Source: Acidobacteriota bacterium (GTDB lineage Bacteria; Acidobacteriota; UBA890). From it: a stretch of DNA of 64,000 nt. Of this stretch, positions 52,184-63,496 are shown piece by piece. The stretch spans positions 480,414 through 544,413 of the forward strand of contig CBDCBL010000010.1 of the NCBI GenBank assembly GCA_965214245.1, read 5' to 3'. The notes beneath the pieces were generated by a model that saw nothing but the letters and a program-made list of their open reading frames with translations, was not told the origin of the DNA and did not search any database. Positions within the stretch are counted from its first letter, which is position 1; each line of letters starts with the position of its first letter. Made by a program: the position numbers and the translations under genes.

Positions 52184-53535
52184 GTGGATCGCGTTCAATG
52201 CTCTGCCATGCTCGAGAGTTCCTCTTCGCGACGCGCGCTGTTCCCGCTGCTGCTAGTGAACTTTATCGGAACGCTCGGCTTCACCATCGTCCTGCCGTTT
52301 CTCGTCGCCCTGGTCACCCGGCTCGGGGGCAATGCTTTGGTCTACGGCATGATGGGAGCCACGTACTCCACGTTTCAGCTAATCGGCGCGCCGATTCTGG
52401 GGCGCTGGTCGGACATCCACGGGCGCCGCAAAGTTCTCCTGCTCAGCCAACTCGGCACCATGGCATCTTGGATCGTCTTCCTGATCGCGCTGTACCTTCC
52501 GGAGCGTGAGCTGCTGCCGGTCGAGTCGGCGGTGCTCGGCACGTTTGTCGTGTCGCTGCCGTTGGTCGTCATCTTCGTCGCACGGGCGCTCGAGGGCTCA
52601 CCGGGGGCAACGTGTCCGTTGCCAATGCCTACCTCGCCGATATCACCAGCGATGCGGACCGCAAGCGGAACTTCGGGCGCATGTCGGTGGCTGCGAACTT
52701 CGGGTTTATCCTCGGACCGACGATTGGCGGCCTTCTGGGCTCGACGCAGTACGCCGAGATGCCTCCCGTAGTCGCAGCCCTCATCATCTCGGCCGTGGCC
52801 AGCCTGGTGATCGGCTTCTATCTGCCCGAGTCGAAGCCCTGTGCGTTAACGCGTGCTCCGGAGGAATCCGGGATGCAGAAGGTCTTGGGGCAGGAACAGG
52901 TCGATTGCGTCGAGCTCGCCGACCATCAGCAGGCCAGCTGGCGGCAGGTGTTCTCGCTGCCCTGCGTTGGTTATTTGTTGGGTCTCAACTTCGTCATCTT
53001 CCTGGCCTTCAACTTCTTCTACACATCGTTTCCCGTGCACGCGATCCAAGGCCTGGGGTGGTCTCCGGCGCAGATCGGCGCCTTCTTTTCGTTCATCGGC
53101 TTGACGATGGCCCTGGTTCAAGGGCCGCTTCTCGGCTTCCTTTCCAACAAGGTCACGGACGTAACCCTGGTCGTGGTGGGCAGCATCATTCTCGGTGCCG
53201 GCTTCGTGATCTACCGCTCGACCGAGTTGCATTGGTTGTTCGTCGGGGGCGCGTTTTTCTCCCTCGGTAACGGCTTGATGTGGCCTTCGTTCCTCGCCCT
53301 TCTCTCGAAGCAGGCGGGCAATCGGCATCAGGGGGCCGTGCAGGGATTTTCCGGCAGCGTCGGCAGCCTGGCCAGCATTGTCGGGCTGCTGGTCGGCGGC
53401 GTGATCTACGGAGTCGTGGGCAGCCAGGTGTTCCTGGTTTCCGCCGGGCTGGCGTTCGTGGTTGCCGTCCTGGCGCTGCGCTTCGTGGGCATGGCGGGAG
53501 CGGCGCCCGAGACCGTCTCATCGTCGGCCGCGTGA
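52184..53535 (+). CDS. MFS transporter (DHA/Tet-like), one frame break at about 52595
   Basis: ORF 52184..52771 then ORF 52612..53535. The conserved motif ...ALEG-LTGGNVSVANAYLADIT... is restored by adding one G to a G-run at 52591-52601. Confidence 0.65.
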
Positions 53536-53593
53536 CAACGCCCGCCACGCCACCACATGGCGGGTGGCTGGGGCGCCGGTGCCCCCCAAGCTG

Positions 53594-54178
53594 TCAGGGG
53601 TACAAGCGCTCGAGCTTCCAGCCGTCACCGTCGCGCAGGTACGCGACGCGGTCATGCATGCGATGGGCCCGGCTGTTCCAGAACTCCAAGCGCTCGGGGC
53701 GCAGTCGGTAGCCGCCCCAGAAATCCGGACGGAGAATGGGTTTGCCGAGGTACTGCGCCTTGAGCTTGAGATATGCGGCGACCAGCGCGGTGCGTGACTC
53801 CAGCCGCGCGCTTTGCTTCGACGCCCAGGCGGCGAGCTGGCTGCCGCGGTCGCGGCTGGCGAAGTAGGCGTCGGATTCCTCGTCGCCGGCGCGCTCGATG
53901 GTGCCCTCCACCCGAACCTGTTCCTTCAGCACCTCCCAGTAGAAGCACAGTGCGGCATGCGGGTTGCTGTCGAGCTCGGTGGCCTTCCTACTGGCGAAGT
54001 TGGTGTAGAACACGAAGCCACGCTCGTCGACACCGCGCAGCAGCACCATGCGGACCGACGGGCGCCCGTCGGCGTCAGCCGTGGCCAGCGCCACGCGCGT
54101 GAAGTCACCGGGATCGTGTTTCTCGGCGCGCTCGTAAACAGCGAGAAATCTGCGGATCGGGTCGGTTTCCGGGCTCAT
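53594..54178 (-). CDS. pdxH: Pyridoxamine 5'-phosphate oxidase
   Basis: 194 aa, FMN-binding split barrel, conserved PdxH C-terminus ...WKLERLYP. Confidence 0.85.
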   Translation of the reverse strand: MSPETDPIRRFLAVYERAEKHDPGDFTRVALATADADGRPSVRMVLLRGVDERGFVFYTNFASRKATELDSNPHAALCFYWEVLKEQVRVEGTIERAGDEESDAYFASRDRGSQLAAWASKQSARLESRTALVAAYLKLKAQYLGKPILRPDFWGGYRLRPERLEFWNSRAHRMHDRVAYLRDGDGWKLERLYP

Positions 54179-54330
54179 GGGCCAAGAGTGTACCCTGCGC
54201 TGACCCTTGTTTTTTCCCTCTGAGAACCGTTGAATAGGCGCTGCTCCCCATCGCAGTTAAAACCGGATATCGGTGCTACCCGACCGCCCCTCAAGGTTAC
54301 GGATCACGGGGCCAACAGGAGACCCACGGC

Positions 54331-56949
54331 ATGAAGCGATTTTCGAGAGTCTGGATGTTCCTAGCCATTGCGGCGCTGCTCTTATCGCCGCTGCTCGGCT
54401 CGGCCTCGGCATTCCAACAGCAGGAGGAGCAAGAACAGGCACCGGCTCGCCGGATGCCGATGATCGAGGACGGATACGTCCTGCCGCCGCCGGAGATCCA
54501 GGATTTCTACGCCCGCGACCCCAACTCGGTGACGCTCGACAATCTGAGCCCCGACGGTGACCACTTCCTGGTCACCGAGTCGAATCCCTATTCGAACCTG
54601 GAACGGGTTTCGCGTGAGACCTACCGGCTGGCGTCGCTCGAATTCCGGCCGGCAACCAACCGAGTGTGGACGCTCGATCTTTCCGGGACGAACAACCTAC
54701 GGGTCTATTCGCTGCTGGCGCGGGCGTTTCTCGATTTCGACCTACCCGACGACGTCATCATTTCAGGCATGCGCTGGTCGCCGGAGGGCGATCAGGTGGC
54801 CTTCCTCGCGCACCTGCCGGAGCGCACCGAAGTTTGGGTGGCCGACGTCAACACCGGCGACGCCGGGGCCCTCGCCGACGCGGCGGTGATGGCGACGATC
54901 GGAGCGGGGGGGCGCGGCGGCGGCAGCCTGCTGCAGTGGACGCCCAATGGCACGGTGGTGACGCTCATTGTGCCGCCGAATCGGGGCCCCGAGCCGGCCT
55001 ACGACCGCATTCCCAGCGGGCCGGTGATCCGGACCACGCGCGAGCAGGAAACCAGCACGCGCACCGTGCCATTCCTGATGGAGACGCAGCACGACGCCGA
55101 TCTGTTCGATTACTACACGACCAGCCAGATTGCCGAGTTGGCACCGGGTCGCGAGCCCCGGCTGATCGGCGAGCCGGCGATGTACGCTTCGATCTCGGTG
55201 AGCCCGGACGGGCAGCATATTCTCACCGCGCGCGTCGACCGGCCTTTCTCGTTCATTACCGGTTGGAACAGTTTCCCGCGCAAGACCGAGGTCATGGATC
55301 TTGACGGCAACGTGCTGGCGACGCTGATCGATCAGCCGTTGCGGGAAGGCGGTGGCCGTGGCCGCAACGGCGCGGACCGCGGCAACAACCCGCGCGAGCT
55401 CGGCTGGCGCGTCGACGGCGCGGGCCTGACGTTCCTGCAGCGCGAGCCGCGCGAGCGCGGCGACGGTGAGGACGGCCGGCGCGGCAACAACGGCGGCGAG
55501 GCGCAGTTCGGCGGGCGTGGCGGCCCGGATGACAACGGCGACGATCGCAAGGACCGCGTCATGCTGCTCACGGCGCCGTTCGACATGGAGCAGGCGCAGG
55601 TCGTAGTCGAGAGCGACGACACGCTCACCGGCCACAGCTTCAGTCGGGATGCCGGTCGCTTGTTCGCCGGCGTCACGGTCGACGAACGCCGCAGTGTGGT
55701 GACCTGGGATCTCACGCAGGACGAACCCGAGCGCGACACGATCGTCGGGCCCTACGATGCGGACGAACTGCTCGAGCTTCCCGGCAACTTGATGAGCGGG
55801 CGCTCGCCGCAGGGCACTTCGTACACCCTGGTGTCGAGCGACGGTAACCGCGTGTACCTCGAGGGTCCCGGCTACGCCGAGGACTACAAACCAACGCCCT
55901 TCATCGATGCCGTCAACCTCGCCGACAAGAGCAAGGAGCGGCTCTTCGAAGGCTCGAAGGACAGCTTCGACCGGCCGCTCGTGGCCCTCGATGACGATCT
56001 GGAGCGCGTCGTCGTGTCTCGGGAGGCACCGACCCAGTTTCCGCAGAGCTACCTGTACACGAACGGCTCGTTCGAGCAGCTGACGCAGAACGTCGATCCG
56101 TTCCCCGAGATCACCGCGGCACAGCGTCGCAACTTCGAGTTCGAGCGCCGCGACGGCCTGAAGATCCGGGGCCGCCTGTCGTTGCCGCTCGATTACGTTG
56201 AAGGCGCCAAAGTCCCTGCCGTTTTTTGGACCTACCCGCGCGAATACACGAGCGCGGAGGACTACCGTCGGACCGTCTTGAGCGGCACGAACCTGAACCG
56301 TCATCCGCGGCTCGGCTTCCGCAGCAACTCGGATCTATGGCTGACACAGGGCTACGCGCTGGTGATTCCCGATATCCCCATCATCGGTGAGCCCTACAAC
56401 GACAAGTTCGTCCAACACCTAGTGGACGGCATGTACGCCGCCATCCGCGCTGTCGATGAGATGGGCATCATCGACATTGACAAGCTCGGCCACGGCGGCC
56501 ACAGCTACGGCGCCTTCACCACCGGCAACATCCTGGCTCGGTCGCCCTTCTTCAAGGCAGGTATTGCCGGCGACGGGGCCTATAACCGCAGCCTCACGCC
56601 GACCGGCTTCCAGAGCGAGCGGCGCAGCGTCTGGGAGGCCCCGCACATCTACATCGAGATGTCGCCGTTCTTCGTCGCCGACCAGATCGACACGCCGATG
56701 CTCATGTATCATGGCATGGACGACAACAACACGGGCACCTGGCCCATCCAGTCCGACCGCATGATCCACGCGCTCACCTCGCTCGGCAAGACCGCCGTGT
56801 TATACAAATACCCCTACGAGTCACACTCGCCGCGGGCCTTCGAGCAGCACCTCGACCTGTGGGCCCGTTGGATCGACTGGTTCGACTTCTACGTCAAGGG
56901 CGAGCAAGACGACGACAAGCTCACCGATCCCCAGGGGAGTCAACGATAA
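54331..56949 (+). CDS. Secreted S9 family prolyl-oligopeptidase-type serine peptidase with N-terminal beta-propeller
   Basis: Signal peptide, propeller, catalytic GHSYGAFTT (GxSxG) plus downstream D and H. 872 aa. Confidence 0.75.
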   Translation: MKRFSRVWMFLAIAALLLSPLLGSASAFQQQEEQEQAPARRMPMIEDGYVLPPPEIQDFYARDPNSVTLDNLSPDGDHFLVTESNPYSNLERVSRETYRLASLEFRPATNRVWTLDLSGTNNLRVYSLLARAFLDFDLPDDVIISGMRWSPEGDQVAFLAHLPERTEVWVADVNTGDAGALADAAVMATIGAGGRGGGSLLQWTPNGTVVTLIVPPNRGPEPAYDRIPSGPVIRTTREQETSTRTVPFLMETQHDADLFDYYTTSQIAELAPGREPRLIGEPAMYASISVSPDGQHILTARVDRPFSFITGWNSFPRKTEVMDLDGNVLATLIDQPLREGGGRGRNGADRGNNPRELGWRVDGAGLTFLQREPRERGDGEDGRRGNNGGEAQFGGRGGPDDNGDDRKDRVMLLTAPFDMEQAQVVVESDDTLTGHSFSRDAGRLFAGVTVDERRSVVTWDLTQDEPERDTIVGPYDADELLELPGNLMSGRSPQGTSYTLVSSDGNRVYLEGPGYAEDYKPTPFIDAVNLADKSKERLFEGSKDSFDRPLVALDDDLERVVVSREAPTQFPQSYLYTNGSFEQLTQNVDPFPEITAAQRRNFEFERRDGLKIRGRLSLPLDYVEGAKVPAVFWTYPREYTSAEDYRRTVLSGTNLNRHPRLGFRSNSDLWLTQGYALVIPDIPIIGEPYNDKFVQHLVDGMYAAIRAVDEMGIIDIDKLGHGGHSYGAFTTGNILARSPFFKAGIAGDGAYNRSLTPTGFQSERRSVWEAPHIYIEMSPFFVADQIDTPMLMYHGMDDNNTGTWPIQSDRMIHALTSLGKTAVLYKYPYESHSPRAFEQHLDLWARWIDWFDFYVKGEQDDDKLTDPQGSQR

Positions 56950-57413
56950 TGGCTGAGTTCACCCTCAACGTGAACGGGCGCGACCACACGGTCGACGTGC
57001 CGCCCGACATGCCTCTCTTGTGGGTGCTGCGCGACGTCATCGGGCTTACCGGCGCCAAGTACGGCTGCGGCATGACCTATTGTGGCGCTTGCACCGTTCA
57101 TCTCGACGGCGAGCGCGTCAAGACGTGTCGCCGGCGAGTCTCCACCATCGGCGACGCCGAGATCGTCACCGTTGAGGGCCTGTCGGAAAACGGCGGCCAC
57201 GCGGTGCAGGCGGCGTGGATCGAGGAAGACGTGCCGCAGTGCGGTTACTGCCAGCCGGGTCAGATCATGGCGGCGGCGGCGCTGTTGAACGCCACCCCGA
57301 ACCCGAACGACGCGGATATCGACGAGGCGATGAGCGGCAACATGTGCCGCTGCGGAACCTACGATCGTATTCGCCTGGCGATTCACCGGGCCGCGGGGAA
57401 GGTGGCGCCATGA
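56949..57413 (+). CDS. [2Fe-2S]-binding small subunit of a molybdopterin aldehyde/isoquinoline oxidoreductase (IorA/CoxS-like)
   Basis: CGxxxCGACTV and CGYCQPG...CRCGTY cysteine motifs. The start overlaps the upstream stop (TAATG). Confidence 0.8.
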   Translation: MAEFTLNVNGRDHTVDVPPDMPLLWVLRDVIGLTGAKYGCGMTYCGACTVHLDGERVKTCRRRVSTIGDAEIVTVEGLSENGGHAVQAAWIEEDVPQCGYCQPGQIMAAAALLNATPNPNDADIDEAMSGNMCRCGTYDRIRLAIHRAAGKVAP

Positions 57414-59590
57414 CTACCATCGCCAAGCTCGAACGCCGTGACTTCCTGAAGCTCAGCGGAATGGCCGGTGGCGGGTTGATGCTGGGCGCCTATGGCGGTT
57501 ACTCGATTGCCGACCAGATGTTGGTCGAGGGCGCCAGCGACATCGCCGAGCTCAACGCCTTCGTGCAAATCGACACCGACGGCGCGGTGTCGGTTTGGGT
57601 CGCTAAGGTGGACATGGGGCAGGGCGTGCGCACGACGCTGCCGATGATCGTCGCCGACGAGCTCGACGCCGATTGGGAGACCATTCGCATCATTCAGGCC
57701 GACGCCCATCCCGACAGGTACGGCCGTCAGATGACCGTAGGCAGCAGCAGCGTGCGTCGCGGCGCCTGGCTGGCCCTGCGCCGTGCCGGCGCTTCCGCCC
57801 GCGAGATGCTGGTTGCGGCTGCCGCCGTGCGTTGGGGCGTCGATGCGACGGAGTGCGCTACCGACAGCGGTTTCGTCGTGCACACGTCGTCGGGTCGTCG
57901 GCTCGGCTACGGCGCCGTCGCAGCCGACGCCGCGGCGCTGCCGGTGCCCGAGGAACCGAAGCTCAAGGACCCCTCGGAGTTTCGCCTCATCGGCAAGCCG
58001 ATGAAGCAGCTCGACGCGCCCGCGAAAGTTCGTGGCGAGGCTGTCTTCGGAACCGACGTTCGCGTCCCCGGAATGCTGTTCGGGACCGTGGTGCATCCGC
58101 CGGTATTCGGCGGCAGCGTGGCGAGCCTCGATGACGCCGGCGCCCGCCAGGTCGACGGCGTTCGCGACGTGTTCGAGGTTTCGCAGGGCGTCGCCGTGGT
58201 TGCGGACAACACGTGGGCCGCGTTCCAGGGCGCCAAGGCGCTGGACATTACCTGGGATCATGGTGATTTCGCCGGCACCAGCAGTGCCGACATCCGCGCC
58301 CACTACGCCGAGCTTGCCGAGAAGCCCGAGGGTGCGGTGGGACGCAGTGAAGGCGATGCCGCCGCCGCCATGCAGCAGGCGACCAAACACATCGAAGCGG
58401 TGTACGAGGCGCCGTTCCTGGCGCACGCGACGATGGAGCCGATGAACTGCACCGTGCACGTGATGGACAATCGGGTCGAGGTTTGGGTGCCGACGCAAGG
58501 ACCGCAGGGGGTGCAGAGCACCGCCGCGCGGCTCACCGGCATGCCGGTCGAGCAGGTCACCGTGCACCCGACGTTCCTGGGTGGCGGGTTGGGGCGCCGC
58601 GGGGCGACCGAGTTCGTGGTCGATGCGGTGGAAACGGCGATGAAGGTGCGTGTCCCGGTGCAGGTACTGTGGTCGCGCGAAGAGGACATGCAGCACGACC
58701 TGTATCGCCCGGCTTCGTACACCAAGTTCGAGGCCGGCCTCGATGACGACGGCAACGCCGTGGCGCTGAAAGCTCGTGTGGTGGCGCCCCCGTTGCTCGG
58801 CGGCAACACGTTGGGTGGCGGCGGTGGCGGCTTCGGTGGCGGTGGCCGTGGCGGCCGCGGCGGCGCGCCGCGCGCCGATCGCAGCTCCGTCGACGGCATC
58901 GTCACGATGCCCTACGGCATTCCCAACATGCTGATCGACTATGTGCGGCCGGAAAACGGCGTGCCCACCGGGTTCTGGCGTTCCGTCGGCCCGTCACAGA
59001 ACTGCTTCTTCACGGAGAGCATCATCGACGAGATGGCGCACGCGGCGGGCCGCGACCCGCTCGAGTTCCGCCTCTCGATGCTCGACGAGCAGCCGCGCAT
59101 CCGCCACGTACTCGAAGTTGCTGCTGACAAAGCCGGTTGGGGCAAGCCGGTTGCAGCCGGCCGCGCCCGCGGCATCGGTCTGGTAATCGATAAGGGCGGC
59201 TGGGTTGCGCAGATCGCCGAGGTGTCGGTGGACGATGGCAGCGTACGCGTGCACAAGATCACCTGTGCGTTCGATCTAGGCATGGTCATCAATCCGTTAA
59301 ACGTCGAGGCGCAGACCGTCGGTTGCATCGTCAACGGCCTGACCGCGGCGCTCTACGGCGAGATCACCATCCGCAACGGGCGCGTGGTGCAGAGCAACTT
59401 CCACCAGTACGGGTTGCTGGGCATCCATGAAATGCCCGAGGTCGACGTGCGTCTGATCGACAGCCGCGAGGAGCCGGGAGGGGCCGGCGAGCCACCGTTG
59501 CCGCCGACGGCGCCGGCGGTAACCAACGCCATCTTCGCGCTGACCGGCACCAGGATCCGCAAGCTACCGATCATGAACTACAAGCTGTAG
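57410..59590 (+). CDS. Molybdopterin-binding large subunit (IorB / aldehyde-oxidase-xanthine-dehydrogenase family) with Tat signal
   Basis: [22 protein letters not shown] Tat motif from the ATG at 57410, which overlaps the iorA stop (ATGA). a/b hammerhead plus Moco-binding domains. No FAD subunit gene nearby. Confidence 0.75.
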   Translation: MTTIAKLERRDFLKLSGMAGGGLMLGAYGGYSIADQMLVEGASDIAELNAFVQIDTDGAVSVWVAKVDMGQGVRTTLPMIVADELDADWETIRIIQADAHPDRYGRQMTVGSSSVRRGAWLALRRAGASAREMLVAAAAVRWGVDATECATDSGFVVHTSSGRRLGYGAVAADAAALPVPEEPKLKDPSEFRLIGKPMKQLDAPAKVRGEAVFGTDVRVPGMLFGTVVHPPVFGGSVASLDDAGARQVDGVRDVFEVSQGVAVVADNTWAAFQGAKALDITWDHGDFAGTSSADIRAHYAELAEKPEGAVGRSEGDAAAAMQQATKHIEAVYEAPFLAHATMEPMNCTVHVMDNRVEVWVPTQGPQGVQSTAARLTGMPVEQVTVHPTFLGGGLGRRGATEFVVDAVETAMKVRVPVQVLWSREEDMQHDLYRPASYTKFEAGLDDDGNAVALKARVVAPPLLGGNTLGGGGGGFGGGGRGGRGGAPRADRSSVDGIVTMPYGIPNMLIDYVRPENGVPTGFWRSVGPSQNCFFTESIIDEMAHAAGRDPLEFRLSMLDEQPRIRHVLEVAADKAGWGKPVAAGRARGIGLVIDKGGWVAQIAEVSVDDGSVRVHKITCAFDLGMVINPLNVEAQTVGCIVNGLTAALYGEITIRNGRVVQSNFHQYGLLGIHEMPEVDVRLIDSREEPGGAGEPPLPPTAPAVTNAIFALTGTRIRKLPIMNYKL

Positions 59591-59701
59591 CAGGGCGCGG
59601 CCGCAATTCCTTGCGTGGTGCGGTTTCTCGAGCCTCGCCTACCCTGCTATGCGAGGGGCCCGTCCACCGTCTAGCAGGGTACGGTCACTCCTTCCGCAAG
59701 G

Positions 59702-62700
59702 CGATAACCGGATCGACGCTGGTGGCACGTCGTGCCGGAATCGTGGCGGCCAACAGGCCGATCAGCACGATAATCGCGCCGACGGGATGTGTCCCGAAGT
59801 TTGTAGAAAATCGTCTGGCGTGGCTCCGAGCTTGGACGTTTGATGTTACCTGCTACGCGGCCAACTCCTCCTGTTGGTCGATGATCGCGGCGAGATGCCG
59901 GTACCCGTCGATGCGGCGCATGCGGATCTGCCCGAAGGCGATCAGCCCCCACAGCAGCGTCACCCCGGCCGCCTCGGTGCTGAACGATCCCTGGGTCTTG
60001 GTACGGCGACGGAACTCGCGGTTGAGGTTCTCCAGTGGGTTCGTCGTGCGCAGCGTCTTGCACATCGGTTTGGGGAACTCGTAGAAGGTCAGCAGCACCA
60101 GCCCCGCTTCCTCGAGGCTGCGCGCCACCGCCGGCACCAACCTCGACCACTTGCGCACGAAGTTGCTGTACGCGGCCCTCGCCTCGCTGCCGTTTGCCGC
60201 CTTCACGATGCGGTCCCAGTCTCGTTTCAGCTCGTCGTGGGCGTGTGACGGGCAATGCTTCAACAGATTCTTCCACTTGTGCTGAAGGCAGCGCTGCACC
60301 TTCGCTTCGGGCCACACCGTCGTCGCCTTGGCCAGCCCTTTGTGGCCGTCGGCGATGATCAGCCGGGGCGGCCGAAGACCTCTTTGCTCTAGGTCCTCGA
60401 TCAGCCACTTCCAGTGACACCCGGCCTCCGAAGCGGCCCGACGCAACGCCACCAACACCTTGCGCCCATCTTCCGCCACTCCCAGCGCGGCGAAGATCGG
60501 CACCGACACGACCTGCCGCGCCAACCTCACCTTTAGGTGGAACCCGTCCAGGTACACGATCGGGTACGACTCACCGGTCAGATCGCGCTCGTACCACGTT
60601 CCGAACAGCTTCTTCAGCCGCCCCACCACCCTCGAGATTGCGCTCTTCGAGAGGTTCGCTTCACCCAGCAGCGGCGCGAGCGCCTTGCGGATCCGTCGGC
60701 TATTTGCACCCGCCAGGTACACCCCTAGAATCGCCTCGTCGACTTCCTCGGTGCGCCGTTGATACCGCGGCAGGATCGTGCTGCGGAACTCCCCGGTGCT
60801 GCCGTCCTCTCGCAGCAGCCGTCCCCGTGGTACCTCCAGATCCTGCGGCCCCTGCGCCATCGTGATCTGCCGCCGATACGTCCCGTGCCGATATCCTCGC
60901 CGCGAGCCGTTGCGCTCGTACGGCCCGCATCCCAACGCCTCGGCGAGCTCCTCCTCAAGCGTGATCGTAATCGCCTCCTGGATGCGGCTGTGCAGCAGCT
61001 CCTGGATGGCGCTACGGAACTCGATGACCGATACCTCTCCCGTGCTACCGTTGCTCATGGTGTGACCTCCTTGTTGTCGCCGTTTCCAGCGACTCGTTTT
61101 TCCTACTCGGAGGTTACGCCATTTCTTTTTCTACAGGACTCGGGACGGATCCCGCCGACGCCCACGTATGTCGCCGGGTCTGTCGATTCGACGCCGAACA
61201 GCAAGCCTTCGATGAACCGCGCTGCGCCGAGGGCGCCGGCGACGCCGAATACGACGCCGATCGCCACCACGGTCATTGCCTGGCCGACGATCATGCCGAC
61301 GGTGTCGCCGGTGCTGGCGCCGAGCGCCATACGCACGCCGATCTCACTGGTGCGTTGCACGACCGAGTACGAAACGACGCCGTAGATGCCGACGGCCGCG
61401 AGCGTCGCCGCGCAGACCGCGAGCCCGACGAGCAGCGCCGTGTTGAAACGGGGCTGGGCGATCGACTGGTACAGGAGATCACTGATCGTCGCGACCTCTG
61501 TGGGTGCTAGCTCGGGGTCCATCGCCGAGAGCTCGTCGCGAATCAGGCGTGTGACGATTGCTGGGCCGAGCTCCGAGTGGACGACGACGTGCATATCGCC
61601 GAAAGCCATTTGCCGGTACGGCACGTAGAGTTCCGGCTGCGCTTCCGCTTGCAGCCCGCCGTGCCGCACGTTGCCGACAATCCCGATGATCTCCAGCGAG
61701 CCGGCCATGGGCATGTCGAGAACCTCGCCGATCGGATCCTTATCGGGAAAGAAACGGCGTGCTAGAGCTTGATTGACGAGCACTACCGGGCGGCCTTCGA
61801 GCCCATCGAAATCGTCGAACAGGCGCCCCGGATCAGCGGAACACCCATCGAGATCAGGTACTCGGGCACGACCGCACGAAAGTCCGCGCGTGGCCGTTCG
61901 GTGGGGGACTCCGACGACAGCCCCAGGACGGTGAACGGCATCTGGAAGTCGTTGCCGAGCGAGCTCATCGGCAGCCGGGTGACGGCCCCCACCGAGTCGA
62001 TTCCCACGGTCGCCCGGGCGCGCTCCACCAGGTCGACGAAGAACTGGCGCCGCTGTTCCGAGCCTTCGTAGCGCGATGCCGGCAGGGCGATCATCACCGA
62101 AGTAACGCTTTCCCTGCGGAAGCCCGGATCGACGTTGTTGAGCTGCGAGAAGCTGCGCAGCATCAATCCGGCGGCGACCAGCAGTATGAGGGCGAGCGCT
62201 ACCTCCACGACGATCAAGGCGTCGGTCAGCCATCGGGCCCGGCGACCGCTGGATGAGCCGCGGCCGTTGCCCCCGGCTTTGAGGACTTCCACGAGGTTGT
62301 GGCGCAAAACGCGCAGCGCCGGCAGGACGCCGAACAGCACGCCGGAGCCCAGGGTCAGGACCATCGCGAAGCCCAGCACCACCAGATCGAGACCGATCTC
62401 GTTGCCGCGCGGAACACTATCAGGGACAACCGTGCGCAACACGCCGATGCCCCACATCGCCGCGAGGATGCCGCCCATGCCGCCCATGCCGGCAAGAACG
62501 AGGCTTTCGGCGAGCGAGCGGCGGATCAACGAGCCCTTGCCGGCGCCCAGCGCGGCGCGGATCACGTAATCTTTCGCCGTCTCGGTGGAACGCGCCACCA
62601 GAACGTTGGCGACGTTTACGATGCCGATCAGCAACACCAGCGAAACGGCGCCGAACAGCACCCAAAGCGTGTTGCCGACGTCACCGATAAGTTGCTCCTT

Positions 62701-63480
62701 GACCGGGACGAGCGCCACACCCCAGCCTTCGTTCGTGGCCGGAAACTCGAGGGACATCTGCGCCGCTATCGTGTCGAGCTCGCTCTGGGCCTCGTCGATG
62801 GTGGTTCCTTCGGCCAGGCGCCCGACGACGTTGTACATGCGGTGCGGTCGGTCCAGCTGTGCCTGCTCGCTCAGCGTCAGGGGCAGCCAGATCTCGACGT
62901 CGGGGTCACCGGCCGGAAATTCAAACCCCTCCGGCATGATGCCGATGATCGTGTACGGCTCGCTGTCGAGCAGGATGCTGGTTTCGACGACCCCGGGGTC
63001 CGAGCCGAAGCGACGTTCCCACGCCAAGTAGCTGATGATGATCAGCTTTTCGTTGCCCAGCGTTTCCTCTGCAGGCGTGAAAACACGGCCGAGGTGCGCG
63101 TCGACCTCGAGGGTCGGGAAAAGGACCGGCGATACGCGAACGGTGTCAAGTCTCTCTGGGCGATCGATCCCGGTGAGCGTGTTGCCCTGATAGCGGTAGG
63201 CGGCCAGCATGCCGCCGAAGGCCTTTGAGCGCTCGCGGAAGTCGCGGTAGTTGCCCGTCGAAACCTGGGAATCAACGATGCCCTGCTGGTCGTTCTCCTC
63301 CCACAGGATCACCAGCTCGTCGCCGTTCGGGTAGGGCAGCGGTCGCAACAGAACGCCGTTGAGCACGCTGAACAGTGCGGTGTTGGCGCCGATGGCGAGC
63401 GCCAATGTGGCGACCACCACGAAGGTGACGCCCGGGTTCGCCCACACGGAGCGAAACGCTTCTTTGAAATCACGCAGCAT
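59702..63480 (-). CDS. ADOP / MacB-FtsX-like ABC permease, copy 2. It is interrupted 31 codons before its stop by IS256 copy 3 and carries one frame break at about 61820.
   Basis: ORF 61783..63480 (N-terminus, first FtsX domain, periplasmic domain start), ORF 61103..62233 (remainder up to ...LLFGVESTDPATYVGV). The last 31 codons GAIIVLIGLLAATIPARRATSVDPVIALRKE* resume at 59702..59794 on the far side of the IS. Confidence 0.7.
59785..61152 (-). mobile_element. IS256-family insertion sequence copy 3 (1368 bp), flanked by a perfect 8-bp target-site duplication CGCCGACG
   Basis: Same inverted repeats as copy 1. Direct repeats at 59777..59784 and 61153..61160. A clean simple insertion into the permease gene. 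Confidence 0.9.
59853..61058 (-). CDS. IS256-family transposase, copy 3
   Basis: 401 aa, identical to copy 1 except for rare substitutions (for example C to Y in ...TWYERDL...). Confidence 0.9.
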   Translation of the reverse strand: MSNGSTGEVSVIEFRSAIQELLHSRIQEAITITLEEELAEALGCGPYERNGSRRGYRHGTYRRQITMAQGPQDLEVPRGRLLREDGSTGEFRSTILPRYQRRTEEVDEAILGVYLAGANSRRIRKALAPLLGEANLSKSAISRVVGRLKKLFGTWYERDLTGESYPIVYLDGFHLKVRLARQVVSVPIFAALGVAEDGRKVLVALRRAASEAGCHWKWLIEDLEQRGLRPPRLIIADGHKGLAKATTVWPEAKVQRCLQHKWKNLLKHCPSHAHDELKRDWDRIVKAANGSEARAAYSNFVRKWSRLVPAVARSLEEAGLVLLTFYEFPKPMCKTLRTTNPLENLNREFRRRTKTQGSFSTEAAGVTLLWGLIAFGQIRMRRIDGYRHLAAIIDQQEELAA

Positions 63481-63496
63481 CGTTTCGGCTCCTCCC

